A DNA stretch of 63,942 nt, counting the filler. It is 7 parts of 7 records of this genome, joined end to end, with 100 filler letters (N's around TTAATTAATTAA, not from the genome) between each part and the next. Parts side by side here need not be neighbours in the genome. Positions count along the whole stretch, not along the records: positions 26,214 to 36,008 come from DRR378314_1131; positions 36,109 to 42,861 come from DRR378314_1137; 5 more parts are not named here. One strand, given 5' to 3'. The position numbers and the translations under genes were made by a program. Positions 27,312 to 36,218 of the stretch are shown here, in pieces. Within the stretch, counting starts at the first letter, position 1, and each line of letters starts with the position of its first letter. Below the pieces are notes generated by a model. That model worked only from the letters and a program-made list of their open reading frames with translations, was not told where the DNA came from and did no database searches.

Positions 27312-27799
27312 TGAACAAACATCAAACAGAATTCCATCGGGCCATTGCATTGGTCAAAGACGGCGACGCGGCCTTTGCGGCCCTGCATGATCTTGCCAAG
27401 GCCGTTGCGGACCCAAAGCTGTTTACAGTGACCACCATCGAAACTGCGGCAGGGGTCGCGCGGCGCGCATTTTCAAGTGATCCAGTCAGCTATCCAAGGT
27501 CCGGCACCAAGCCGATTCACGAAGATGACTGGTTCCGTCAGGTTCACGGCGAACAGAAAGCCTTTGTTGCCAATACCATCGAAGAGATATCGCAACGGTT
27601 CCCTGATTATGAGCTGATCAACTCACTGGGCTGCCAGTCGGTGGTGAACCTCCCCGTAGTGGCGCAGGGCGAAGTGATCGCAACAGTGAACTTCCTGCAT
27701 GAGACAGGCTATTTCACACCGGAACGGGTGGAGGCGATTCATATTGAAATGGGCCTCCCGGCGCTGACGGCAATGTTGATCAGCCGGACGTCGAACTAG
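27311..27799 (+). CDS. Stand-alone GAF domain protein
   Basis: KLFTV, R.FSSDP..YP.SGTKP, FPDYELINSLGCQSVVNLPV pattern; TAATG coupling to the ATPase. Confidence 0.8.
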   Translation: MNKHQTEFHRAIALVKDGDAAFAALHDLAKAVADPKLFTVTTIETAAGVARRAFSSDPVSYPRSGTKPIHEDDWFRQVHGEQKAFVANTIEEISQRFPDYELINSLGCQSVVNLPVVAQGEVIATVNFLHETGYFTPERVEAIHIEMGLPALTAMLISRTSN

Positions 27800-27975
27800 G
27801 GCAGGGTGCGCGGGTTAATTACTTCTGGATCGAGCAACGGCACATCTTTGACTGCGTCGAGACACGATGCGATCACCGCCGCGACCTTTTTAGACCATGC
27901 AATCTATAGAAAACTGGGAAGGACCAAGAGGTCCGTTATCCTATCAGGATAGAATTCCAGCGCAGCTTGCGCGCT

Positions 27976-28013
27976 ATGCCAGCGTGACGGCATCTATGCC
28001 GACACGCTGGTAT
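27976..28013. terminator. Strong hairpin just downstream of the dehydrogenase stop, between convergent genes
   Basis: ccagcgtg-a-cggcat-ct-atgccg-a-cacgctgg; no clear poly-U tail, so terminator versus REP-like element is unresolved. Confidence 0.55.
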
Positions 28014-28024
28014 TCTGTTCATGC

Positions 28025-29083
28025 CTAGCCAGCGTAAAGCGAACCTGTGGGCATGGCGAGGAAATCGCCCAAGGGGATGTCTTCCTGCTTGAGGAAACCG
28101 TGGCTTGGCAATTTGCCATCCCGCACCATTTCGATGATGGCCACGACGGATCCGGCGGTGGTCCATGCAATCGCGGTGCGCCGTTTGCCTGCGACATCAA
28201 TCGGACGATACCCCCGGACGAACTCGCGCCGCTCCATGCGTCCCTTGATGAGCCCCTCGGCCGCAGCATGCACATAGACTACATCATCCTGAACCGGCGG
28301 TTTGGCGTTGACCAGTATTTCACCGGCTTCCTTCCGGCGGTCCCGCATCAGAAGTTCGTGGAAAAAGAAGTTCATCTGCTGAACGTGGCCGGGGTAGCGC
28401 ATGGATTTGTAATCAAGGTTTCCGACTTTCCCAAGGTAGGTCTCGCACATCGTGCCCAAGCCGCCAGAGGTGGTGAAAGCCTCAAGTTTAATGCCGTCGA
28501 TATAGATATCCTCAAGCCATTCCATTGGGGAAACCCATTTGCGCTTGCCCTCTTCAATGACTTCACAATCATTCAGATATTCATTCACCACTCCTTCGGG
28601 TGACCAATTGAATGCATAGCCCATCAGCCCAGTCGGGTTCTGTGGCAGGGCCCCAACCCGCATCTTGCAAGACCGGCAATCATCAAACTGTGCGATCAGG
28701 TCCGCGCCCACAATGCCAATGAATCCAGGAGCCAATCCACATTGGGGGGCCATCAGACCCTTGGCCGTCTTTGACATCCCCAGAATGGCCTGAGTGGTCG
28801 GGACATCTTCGGTTAGATCAAAGTAGTGAATGCCGACATCATGTGCCGCCCGCGCCAATGCAATGTTCAGGGCGAAAGGCAGGCAGGATAAAACCGCATC
28901 GTGTTTTTTGAATTCTTTGTCTACGGCGTCGCTTGATGAAAGGTCCAATGATTTGAACGCAAAAGGATAATCTCCTTTGGGCGCAACCCGATCAATGCCT
29001 GTAACTTTGAACCCGGAGTGATGCAGCAATTCTGCTGCCAGATGACCAACCTTGCCGAGGCCGAGGACTGCGATGTTTTTCAT
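28025..29083 (-). CDS. Saccharopine dehydrogenase family protein (probable L-lysine 6-dehydrogenase)
   Basis: GLGKVG Rossmann motif, HYFDLTEDV, PQCGLAPG, RVGALP, WSPEGVVNEY, EAFTTSGG, YKSMRYPGH. Confidence 0.88.
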   Translation of the reverse strand: MKNIAVLGLGKVGHLAAELLHHSGFKVTGIDRVAPKGDYPFAFKSLDLSSSDAVDKEFKKHDAVLSCLPFALNIALARAAHDVGIHYFDLTEDVPTTQAILGMSKTAKGLMAPQCGLAPGFIGIVGADLIAQFDDCRSCKMRVGALPQNPTGLMGYAFNWSPEGVVNEYLNDCEVIEEGKRKWVSPMEWLEDIYIDGIKLEAFTTSGGLGTMCETYLGKVGNLDYKSMRYPGHVQQMNFFFHELLMRDRRKEAGEILVNAKPPVQDDVVYVHAAAEGLIKGRMERREFVRGYRPIDVAGKRRTAIAWTTAGSVVAIIEMVRDGKLPSHGFLKQEDIPLGDFLAMPTGSLYAG

Positions 29084-29445
29084 TCTTTTTGCCTTATTTT
29101 TTGGAAATGGGTGCTTTGCGCCAGCCATCGCTTGCGCAGGTGTTTCATGGTCAAAACCGCGGAGGATACTGCGACGATCCCGTGGCCAAGCGCGTGTGTC
29201 GAACGAGAATGCGCGATCCTGCTTGACCGGCTGAGTAGATGTGGAAGTTCAATGTTTCGAGCATCACATCGTGTGGCACTTTCCTGTCTTCGAACCGTGT
29301 TTGGTTGATGTTGCGCAGCATCAGCCGTGCGTTCCCATATTGACCGTTCAAAAACTCTGGCGTTCAGATAGGTCAGACGAAATAGGAAATTCGCTATCAA
29401 TTCGTGAAATTTCTGCGTATTCGGCAGAGAGCGGAGAGATTGGAA

Positions 29446-29874
29446 ATGGGTTTGGATGATATAGATAAAAGGTTGCTGTTGTTGTTGACGCGGGATGCAC
29501 GCGCTTCTGCCGCAGATCTCGCGCGGGCTTTGTCTGTTTCGCGAGGGACTGTTCAGAACCGGATAGACAAGTTGATGCGACAGGGTGTGATTGGAAAATT
29601 CACGGTTGAGATCGGCGTTGGCGATACCGAAAACCAGATCAGCGCCTTTGCGCTGATTCATCTCAAGGCGGATGATGAAACCGTCATCAAGGCATCGCTA
29701 AGACGTATTGAAGATGTGACGCAGGTTTCGACACTTAGTGGAACCTTTGATCTGGTGGTTGAATTGCGATGTGCCTCTCTCGCCCGGTTGGACACCGTAT
29801 TAGATACCATTCGCAAGTTGCCCGATGTGGCTGATACGCAAAGCCATATCAGATTGCGTACTTGGAATAATTGA
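29446..29874 (+). CDS. Lrp/AsnC family transcriptional regulator
   Basis: LDDIDKRLLLLL..DAR, SRGTVQNRI HTH, SGTFDL; divergent from the dehydrogenase. Confidence 0.93.
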   Translation: MGLDDIDKRLLLLLTRDARASAADLARALSVSRGTVQNRIDKLMRQGVIGKFTVEIGVGDTENQISAFALIHLKADDETVIKASLRRIEDVTQVSTLSGTFDLVVELRCASLARLDTVLDTIRKLPDVADTQSHIRLRTWNN

Positions 29875-30072
29875 TCTTTTAAACCGGATCACAGATTTCG
29901 CGAGGGTCCGTCACGCAGGACAAGAGTGTCCTAGAAATTCTGCAAACCATGAGGGCAGGGCACCCTTGATTACTTTGCTCGCCAGCTGCATTTCAAACAC
30001 ACAAAAAGGACTGTCAGGATTGTGGTCGAATCCATGTTTGCACCCGCAGAAATCGCTTGTATCCAAAATTTC

Positions 30073-30087
30073 TGTTACGTTATAACA
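30073..30087. promoter_or_regulatory. Probable Zur (zinc uptake regulator) box
   Basis: TGTTA-CGTTA-TAACA palindrome resembling the proteobacterial Zur core TGTTA-N5-TAACA; overlaps a TATAAC -10-like hexamer and ends 24 nt before ATG 30112. Confidence 0.72.
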
Positions 30088-30111
30088 TATCGAAACTTTT
30101 GAGGAAAAATC

Positions 30112-31095
30112 ATGCAAGCTTTCAAGTCCAAGTATCGCCTTTCGATTGCCTTTGTGGCTGCGACATGTTTCGCAAGTGTATCATGGGCGGAAACCGTCAC
30201 CGTGGAAAGCTGCGGGATGGATGTCACGGTGCGGGCCCCGGCCTCTGCGATCGTGACATTGGATCAAGCTTCTACTGAAACGATGCTGGGCCTTGGTGGT
30301 GCGCCACGCATGGCTGGTACGGCCTATCTCAAGACCCAAGTGGCCCCGCAATATAAAGAGGCCTGGGAATCTGTGCCCTTGCTGACAAAAGGGCGTCCCA
30401 CAGCAGAAATCGTGCGTGTCGTTGAGCCGGATCTGCTGGTCGCGTATTCCGGTTTTTTCTACTCTGATCAGTGGGTTGGATCACGTGAGGAACTGAAAGA
30501 ACTGGGCGTTGGCACATATATCAGCGCGGTAAGCTGCCCTCCGGCTGATCAGCCTGATCTGAACTCTTTTGACCTGTTGGCCCGTGATTTCGAAAACCTT
30601 GGGCGCCTGTCAGGTCAAGAGGCCGAGGCGCAAAAGGTCATTGCCGCGCAGAACGACGCCATTGAGGCGGCAAGCAAGCTGCGACTTACCCGCGACGAAC
30701 CGATCAAGGTGCTTTGGCTTTATTCAGTGTTTGAAGGCACGCCCTATGTGGCCGGTGGCCCCTCTATTCCGGGCGCAATCAGCAATATTGCCGGTGTAGA
30801 AAACGTCTTTGGTGACGTGAATGAGCAATGGCCGGGTGTGTCCTGGGAGGCGATTGCAGATCGCGAACCCGACATCATTGTTCTGGGTGACCTGTCAGAG
30901 CGGGGATCGCCCGGAGATACTGTCGAAGAAAAGATCGCGATGCTGACAACAGAGCCCGGTGTGTCCTTTTTGGACGCGGTGACGAAAGAGCAGTTTATTT
31001 CGGTGCCCGGGATCGAGATGGACCCCTCCATCCGTTCCGTGAATACGCTGAATCTGTTTGTCAAAGGGCTGAAGCGTCTTGGATACGCAGAGTAA
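30112..31095 (+). CDS. ABC substrate-binding protein, FecB/BtuF (TroA-like helical backbone) family
   Basis: Signal peptide, VTVESCG, TETMLGLG, NVFGDV..W..VSWEAI....PDIIV. Confidence 0.88.
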   Translation: MQAFKSKYRLSIAFVAATCFASVSWAETVTVESCGMDVTVRAPASAIVTLDQASTETMLGLGGAPRMAGTAYLKTQVAPQYKEAWESVPLLTKGRPTAEIVRVVEPDLLVAYSGFFYSDQWVGSREELKELGVGTYISAVSCPPADQPDLNSFDLLARDFENLGRLSGQEAEAQKVIAAQNDAIEAASKLRLTRDEPIKVLWLYSVFEGTPYVAGGPSIPGAISNIAGVENVFGDVNEQWPGVSWEAIADREPDIIVLGDLSERGSPGDTVEEKIAMLTTEPGVSFLDAVTKEQFISVPGIEMDPSIRSVNTLNLFVKGLKRLGYAE

Positions 31096-32194
31096 CCCCG
31101 TATCGCGTGATCGCCGGATCTCTGCCTTGCTGGATCCGGCTGCTGATCTTGCCAGCTCAATACCGGCAGAGATTGCGCGGCTCCCCCGTGACTTTGGCGG
31201 GGTTGCGCTGACTTTGATGGGGGTTTGTGCTGTTCTTCTCTCGATGGTGCTGGCCGTGCAGATTGGCGTTGCCGAAGTTCAGTTCTCGGATCTTTTGCGG
31301 ATTGTGGCCACCCGTCTGGGTTTTGATGTCGAACCATTGGGCCGGATGCGCGAGTCATTGATTTGGGATCTGAGAGTGCCACGCATTCTGGCTGCGGCAC
31401 TTGTCGGGGCGGCCTTGGCCATCTGCGGTGCGGTTTTGCAAGCGATGACCGGGAATGCGCTTGCGGATCCTTATCTGCTGGGGATTTCCGGTGGGGCATC
31501 TACGGGGGCTGTATTCGTTGTGATCCTTGGCTTTGGCGGGGGCACCTTGCTCAGTACAGGGGCCTTTATCGGTGCCATGGTTGTATTGGCCATCTTACTG
31601 TTGTTGCTGCGAAAAGGGGGTGGCACGCCGCTGAAACTGGTTCTGACCGGTGTGATCATTGGTCAGTTTTTTTCGGCGGTGACATCGCTTGTGGTTATGG
31701 CCGCAGGGGATGCGGAGGCGACCCGTGGCATTACCTATTGGCTTTTGGGGTCGCTTGCGACGGCAAGATGGACGCCCGTTCTCCTGCTAAGCATCCTGAC
31801 CATTGGGGGTGGGCTTGTCGTATGGGCACATGCCCATGTTCTGGACGCCATGTCCTTTGGCAGTGATACCGCGCAGACCATGGGGGTGAATGTAAGCAGA
31901 TCGCGGCTTATCCTGCTGGTGGTCTGCGCCTTGATGACAGCGGTGGCGGTGGCAATGGTAGGGGCGATTGGCTTTGTCGGTTTGATTATCCCGCATGCCG
32001 CGCGGCTGATCTCGGGGCCGCTGCATGTCACCTTGATCCCGTTCTCCGCCCTGTTGGGGGCGATCCTGCTAATTTGGACGGACGCACTGGCCCGCACCAT
32101 TCTGGCACCACAAGAGATCCCGGTTGGTGTGTTTACAGCCCTAATCGGTGTCCCGTTGTTTTTACTGCTTTTGCGCCGACGCGGTGATCTATGA
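31079..32194 (+). CDS. FecCD family ABC permease (start uncertain)
   Basis: WDLRVPR, NALADPYLLGISGGA, GAIGFVGLIIPH, EIPVGV.TA.IG.P.F. Confidence 0.93.
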   Translation: MDTQSNPVSRDRRISALLDPAADLASSIPAEIARLPRDFGGVALTLMGVCAVLLSMVLAVQIGVAEVQFSDLLRIVATRLGFDVEPLGRMRESLIWDLRVPRILAAALVGAALAICGAVLQAMTGNALADPYLLGISGGASTGAVFVVILGFGGGTLLSTGAFIGAMVVLAILLLLLRKGGGTPLKLVLTGVIIGQFFSAVTSLVVMAAGDAEATRGITYWLLGSLATARWTPVLLLSILTIGGGLVVWAHAHVLDAMSFGSDTAQTMGVNVSRSRLILLVVCALMTAVAVAMVGAIGFVGLIIPHAARLISGPLHVTLIPFSALLGAILLIWTDALARTILAPQEIPVGVFTALIGVPLFLLLLRRRGDL

Positions 32195-32952
32195 GTGACT
32201 TGTCGGTTCGAAATCTGGGGTGGTCAGCAGGCGGGCGTAGCTTGGTGCAGGACGTATCTTTCAATGTGAACAGCGGCGAAACACTTGGGCTTATTGGTCC
32301 AAATGGATCGGGAAAGTCATCGTTGTTGCGGTGCGTGGCTGGGATCACCAGACCGGATCGCGGCGAGATCGACTATGGAGATACACCACTGCGTAACCTT
32401 GGCGCACGGGCGCGGGCGCATCATCTGGCTTTTGTTGAACAGATGCACCATTCCAGTTCTGACATGTGTGTCGCTGATATCGTCGGCCTTGGCCGGATCC
32501 CTTATCGGCGGCGGATGGGGCTTTTTACGGCGCAAGACCACGCTATTGTGCAGGCTGCTTTGGAAACGATGGATTTGACGGAACTAAAGAACCGTGTCTG
32601 TCGCAGATTGTCAGGGGGCGAACAGCAAAGGGCGAACATCGCCCGCGCTCTGGCACAGCGCGCACGGGTGCTAATGCTAGATGAGCCGACGAACCATCTG
32701 GATGTGCGACATCAGATTGATGTGATGCGGTTGGTGCGTGACCTGCCGCAGGCGGTTGTGGTTTGTCTGCATGATCTGAATCTGGCGGCCCGCTATTGTG
32801 ACCGGCTGATTGTTATGCAGGCCGGTCGCATGGTTGCACATGGCGCGCCCGAGGTGGTTCTGACCCCGGATCTGTTCGATAAGGTCTTTGCGATTGATGC
32901 GTGCCTGCATGTTGGACCTGATGCAAAAAGAGAAGTGCAGATCGCCTTCTAG
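32191..32952 (+). CDS. FecE/FepC-like ABC ATP-binding protein
   Basis: GPNGSGKS, LSGGEQQR, LDEPTNHLD, LHDLNLAARYCD. Confidence 0.94.
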   Translation: MSDLSVRNLGWSAGGRSLVQDVSFNVNSGETLGLIGPNGSGKSSLLRCVAGITRPDRGEIDYGDTPLRNLGARARAHHLAFVEQMHHSSSDMCVADIVGLGRIPYRRRMGLFTAQDHAIVQAALETMDLTELKNRVCRRLSGGEQQRANIARALAQRARVLMLDEPTNHLDVRHQIDVMRLVRDLPQAVVVCLHDLNLAARYCDRLIVMQAGRMVAHGAPEVVLTPDLFDKVFAIDACLHVGPDAKREVQIAF

Positions 32953-32991
32953 AAAGTGCGATCTGATGACATTCAAACCGGAGAGATTTTT

Positions 32992-34230
32992 GTGACTGAG
33001 ACGCGGCTGATCACCGATATGGCCTTTGTGCGGTTGTGGACCAGCAATACGGCTTCTGGTTTGGCAACCTGGGCTTTGCCTTTCGTGTTGGGTTTGCTGA
33101 TCGTTGGTGGGGATCTTACTGCCGCCCACGCTGGTCTCGCCTTAGCGGCGCGCACAGTTGGTTTTGTGCTTGCGATGCCAGTTGGTGGTGTTCTTGCCGA
33201 TCGATCAGGTCCCAGACGGATGATCTTCGGAGCGGGTTTGCTTGCAGCATTGGGGATTGGGCCCATTATATCAGGGCTTGCCGGTTTTGGAGGCCTTGCG
33301 GCCATTCTGGCAGGTGCAGCTATCGCTGGTTTCGGGCAGGGTGCCTGCCGCGCGTCCTATCAGGCAATTGTCCCGCGCATCGTCGCCGACGCGCAACGAC
33401 AGCCCGCCAATGCGGCGATGACGATTTCGATACGTGTCAGTGTCTTGGCAGGCCCGATGGTTGCAACCGCCGCAGCGTTGCAATTTGGGGCCATGGCCAC
33501 GTTGCTTGGGATTGCTGCACTTTGGACTTTGGCGGCGTTGCTGCCAACATGGCCGCCACGTGGAGAAGGTACCATCAACGAACCCTTGACCCTGCCGCGT
33601 TTCATCGCAGAATTGGGTGAAGGATTTGAGGAGGCCCGCCGTCATCCGTGGTTCATGGCGGGGCTGGCCGCGCTGACGGTAGTGATCGCCTTCGGCTATT
33701 CGGTCACAAGTGTTTTGCTGCCGCAAATCAGCGAGGCCCATTTTGGCGGACCCAAGCTGCTGGCTGCATCCGTCACAGCCTATACAGTGGGGGCGCTTTT
33801 CGGGGCATTGATCATCGCACGTTGGAAACCACGTGACATTGGATGGTTGGCACTGGCCAGCCTTTCACTTTATGGGCTTGTCCCGCTCAGCCTTCTATTC
33901 CCCGGGCATCTGGTGGTGCCATTGACCGCGTTTTTTATTGCCGGTGTGGGAATCGAGTTTTTCAACGTACCCTGGTTCACCGCTTTGCAGCGGGAAATCC
34001 CCGAAAAGCGTCTGGCGCGGGTGTCATCGGTGGACTTTCTTTTTTCCTATGGGCTGGCCCCATTGGCTTTGGCCGGGCTTACGCCGCTGACACAGATCCT
34101 TGGCGTTGCTCCCGTCCTGTGGATCTGTGCCGGAATTTGCATTGGCTCCCCCTTGGGCGCGATGCTTGTGACAGGCAGCCGGAATTTTTCGCGCGCCCCT
34201 GTTGAGGCGCACAAGATATCAGCGGAATAA
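32992..34230 (+). CDS. MFS transporter (EntS/MefA-like export group)
   Basis: About 12 hydrophobic segments, GGVLADRSGPRR motif A, RVSSVD; GTG 32992 follows GGAGAG (alternative start 32956). Confidence 0.88.
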   Translation: MTETRLITDMAFVRLWTSNTASGLATWALPFVLGLLIVGGDLTAAHAGLALAARTVGFVLAMPVGGVLADRSGPRRMIFGAGLLAALGIGPIISGLAGFGGLAAILAGAAIAGFGQGACRASYQAIVPRIVADAQRQPANAAMTISIRVSVLAGPMVATAAALQFGAMATLLGIAALWTLAALLPTWPPRGEGTINEPLTLPRFIAELGEGFEEARRHPWFMAGLAALTVVIAFGYSVTSVLLPQISEAHFGGPKLLAASVTAYTVGALFGALIIARWKPRDIGWLALASLSLYGLVPLSLLFPGHLVVPLTAFFIAGVGIEFFNVPWFTALQREIPEKRLARVSSVDFLFSYGLAPLALAGLTPLTQILGVAPVLWICAGICIGSPLGAMLVTGSRNFSRAPVEAHKISAE

Positions 34231-34269
34231 GAGGCGAAGGTTAGCTAATAGCCCTTTCTGGCCCTCAGA

Positions 34270-35196
34270 TCAGGATAGGGTCAACGCCTCAGTCACCGCA
34301 TCTGCGGCTTTACGTGCCGAGGGTGAAAATCCTACGTGTTCCATGAAGTTATGGACAACGCCTGTATGAATCTGGTGGGTTACATCCACACCCGACGCTT
34401 CCAGACGGATGGCGAATTCGCGTCCCTGATCAAACAGCGGATCAACCCGTGCGTTGACGATCCAGGTGGGCGGCAGCCCGCTGACATCTTCGGCCCTCGC
34501 AACCGACGCCCGCCAGTCCAGTGCCAGTTCGGGATCGGGCAGATAGTTTTCCCGGAACCCACGCATTTCCAGTGCTTCAAGATAGAAACCCGATGCAAAT
34601 TCTTTCATTGACCCGGACAGGGGCTGGCCTGCGCGGGGTTTTGTCATATCGGTGACCGGGTAAAGCGCGACAACCCGTGCGGGTGTCTGACCGATGCTGA
34701 CCGAATGCAATGCCGTGGCAAGCGACAAGCAACCACCAGCACTGTCGCCAGCAAGGACAATTTGATCCGCTATGGCAAGTTTTGAATCAAGGATCTGAGA
34801 GTAGGCGGCGACCATATCTTCGAAAGCGGCTGGGAAAATATGTTCAGGGGCCCGGCGGTAATCCAATGAGACAATGCGTTGGCCGGTTTGCTCTGCCAGC
34901 CAGCGCGATTGCAAATCATAGGTGTCCACACACCCCAGAACAAAGCCCCCGCCATGGGCATAAAGTACCAGGGCGTCACTGTTGTTTTCTGCCGGTGTGT
35001 ACAACCGCATTCTGGCACCTGACGGCAGATCAATGTCCCGGCATTGAACATCTGTTGAGGGCCTGGGGCTGCCCGCAAGATAGCCATCGCGGTACGCCGC
35101 ACGGCTGCTTTCCAATGTCGGAGCGGGTTGTAATGCAGTCTTCGCGGCAAGATCGTCGAGAAATTTGATCAATTCAGGGTCAAGGAAGTGTTTCAT
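34270..35196 (-). CDS. Alpha/beta hydrolase, HSL/Aes-like esterase
   Basis: HGGGF, DYRRAPEH, GDSAGG, DPL, H-containing C-terminal motif. Confidence 0.93.
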   Translation of the reverse strand: MKHFLDPELIKFLDDLAAKTALQPAPTLESSRAAYRDGYLAGSPRPSTDVQCRDIDLPSGARMRLYTPAENNSDALVLYAHGGGFVLGCVDTYDLQSRWLAEQTGQRIVSLDYRRAPEHIFPAAFEDMVAAYSQILDSKLAIADQIVLAGDSAGGCLSLATALHSVSIGQTPARVVALYPVTDMTKPRAGQPLSGSMKEFASGFYLEALEMRGFRENYLPDPELALDWRASVARAEDVSGLPPTWIVNARVDPLFDQGREFAIRLEASGVDVTHQIHTGVVHNFMEHVGFSPSARKAADAVTEALTLS

Positions 35197-36008
35197 GGCA
35201 GGCTCCTATATGGGGGGAAGGGGCCCAGCTCGGTTGCCTCATAGACGCCGCGTGCGGTCGCACGCGCCAGACATTCGACAGCGGCCATGGCCAGTTTTGT
35301 TAACTCGACCGCCGGTATTTCCATTTCTTGCCGACCCGTCGAGATGCAGAAAATGACATCGCCGTCAAATTGCGTGTGTACTGGATGGATGGCGCGCGCC
35401 AGCCCGTCCTGGGCAATCATCGCAATGCGTTTTGCCTGTGCTTTGCTCAGAGTCAGATCGGTCGCAATGACTGCCAGCGTTGTGTTCAACCCTGCTTCTG
35501 CAAACTCCGGGATCTCGGTTTCGACCGGTGCGACGGGGGGGGAATCGGTGCAATTGCCGAACTCACCGTTGCGTTCAAAATCGGCGGCCCAGAACCGTTT
35601 GCTGCCGGGCACAACGGTCTGGCCGAAACTGTTGACCACCACCAGTGCCCCTACGGTTGCGCCATTGTCCAACTTCTGTGAGGCGCTTCCCAAACCGCCT
35701 TTCAGTTGGCCAGCGGTCGTGCCTGTGCCCGCGCCCTGCGTCCCCAATGCAAAATCCTTGCCAGCGGCATCTGCGGCTTCGGCGGCCAAATCGAAGTAGA
35801 GCCTTTCGTCAGCCCAGCTTTTGTCGCCTTCGTTATGAAGATCAAAAACGATTGCTGCGGGCACTGACGGGATTGTCGCATCCAGGAATTTTCCGCCATA
35901 ACCTTTGCGGCGTAGCCAGTGCATCAGCCCGCCTGCCGCATCCAGGCCAAATAGGGAACCACCCGCCAAGGCTATCCCGTCTGAACGTTCGGACATGCAG
36001 GACGGGTC
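35193..36008 (-). CDS. P1/S58 (DmpA-like) peptidase, 5'-truncated
   Basis: GGSLFGLDAA, GAGTG, KGGLGSAS, NTTLAVIATD, DGLARAI.P.HT.FDGD. Confidence 0.9.
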   Translation of the reverse strand, partial: DPSCMSERSDGIALAGGSLFGLDAAGGLMHWLRRKGYGGKFLDATIPSVPAAIVFDLHNEGDKSWADERLYFDLAAEAADAAGKDFALGTQGAGTGTTAGQLKGGLGSASQKLDNGATVGALVVVNSFGQTVVPGSKRFWAADFERNGEFGNCTDSPPVAPVETEIPEFAEAGLNTTLAVIATDLTLSKAQAKRIAMIAQDGLARAIHPVHTQFDGDVIFCISTGRQEMEIPAVELTKLAMAAVECLARATARGVYEATELGPFPPYRSLP

Positions 36009-36108
36009 NNNNNNNNNNNNNNNNNNNNNNNNNNNNNNNNNNNNNNNNNNNNTTAATTAATTAANNNNNNNNNNNNNNNNNNNNNNNNNNNNNNNNNNNN
36101 NNNNNNNN
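36009..36108. other. Artificial contig linker
   Basis: N44-TTAATTAATTAA-N44. Confidence 0.99.
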
Positions 36109-36133
36109 GAGAGAGAGAGAGAGAGAGAGAGAG
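36109..36133. repeat. (GA)n microsatellite at contig end
   Basis: Perfect GA run abutting the gap, inside a DDX46 intron. Confidence 0.95.
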
Positions 36134-36218
36134 CGACGTCTCTGCGTCCTTTGCAAGAGCGGAGTGCGCGCACAGGGGACGAGGAATCAGCTCGAGGGCG
36201 ATGATCCTCCGCGCTCAC

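Noticed and set aside
29084..30111. Lysine or cobalamin riboswitch upstream of the dehydrogenase or ABC operon
   Set aside because: No conserved riboswitch motifs recognised by eye
26214..36008. Bacterial genes as horizontal transfer into the eukaryote
   Set aside because: Whole contig is bacterial in organisation (RBS, overlaps, no introns) and bounded by linkers; co-cultured bacterium is the simpler explanation
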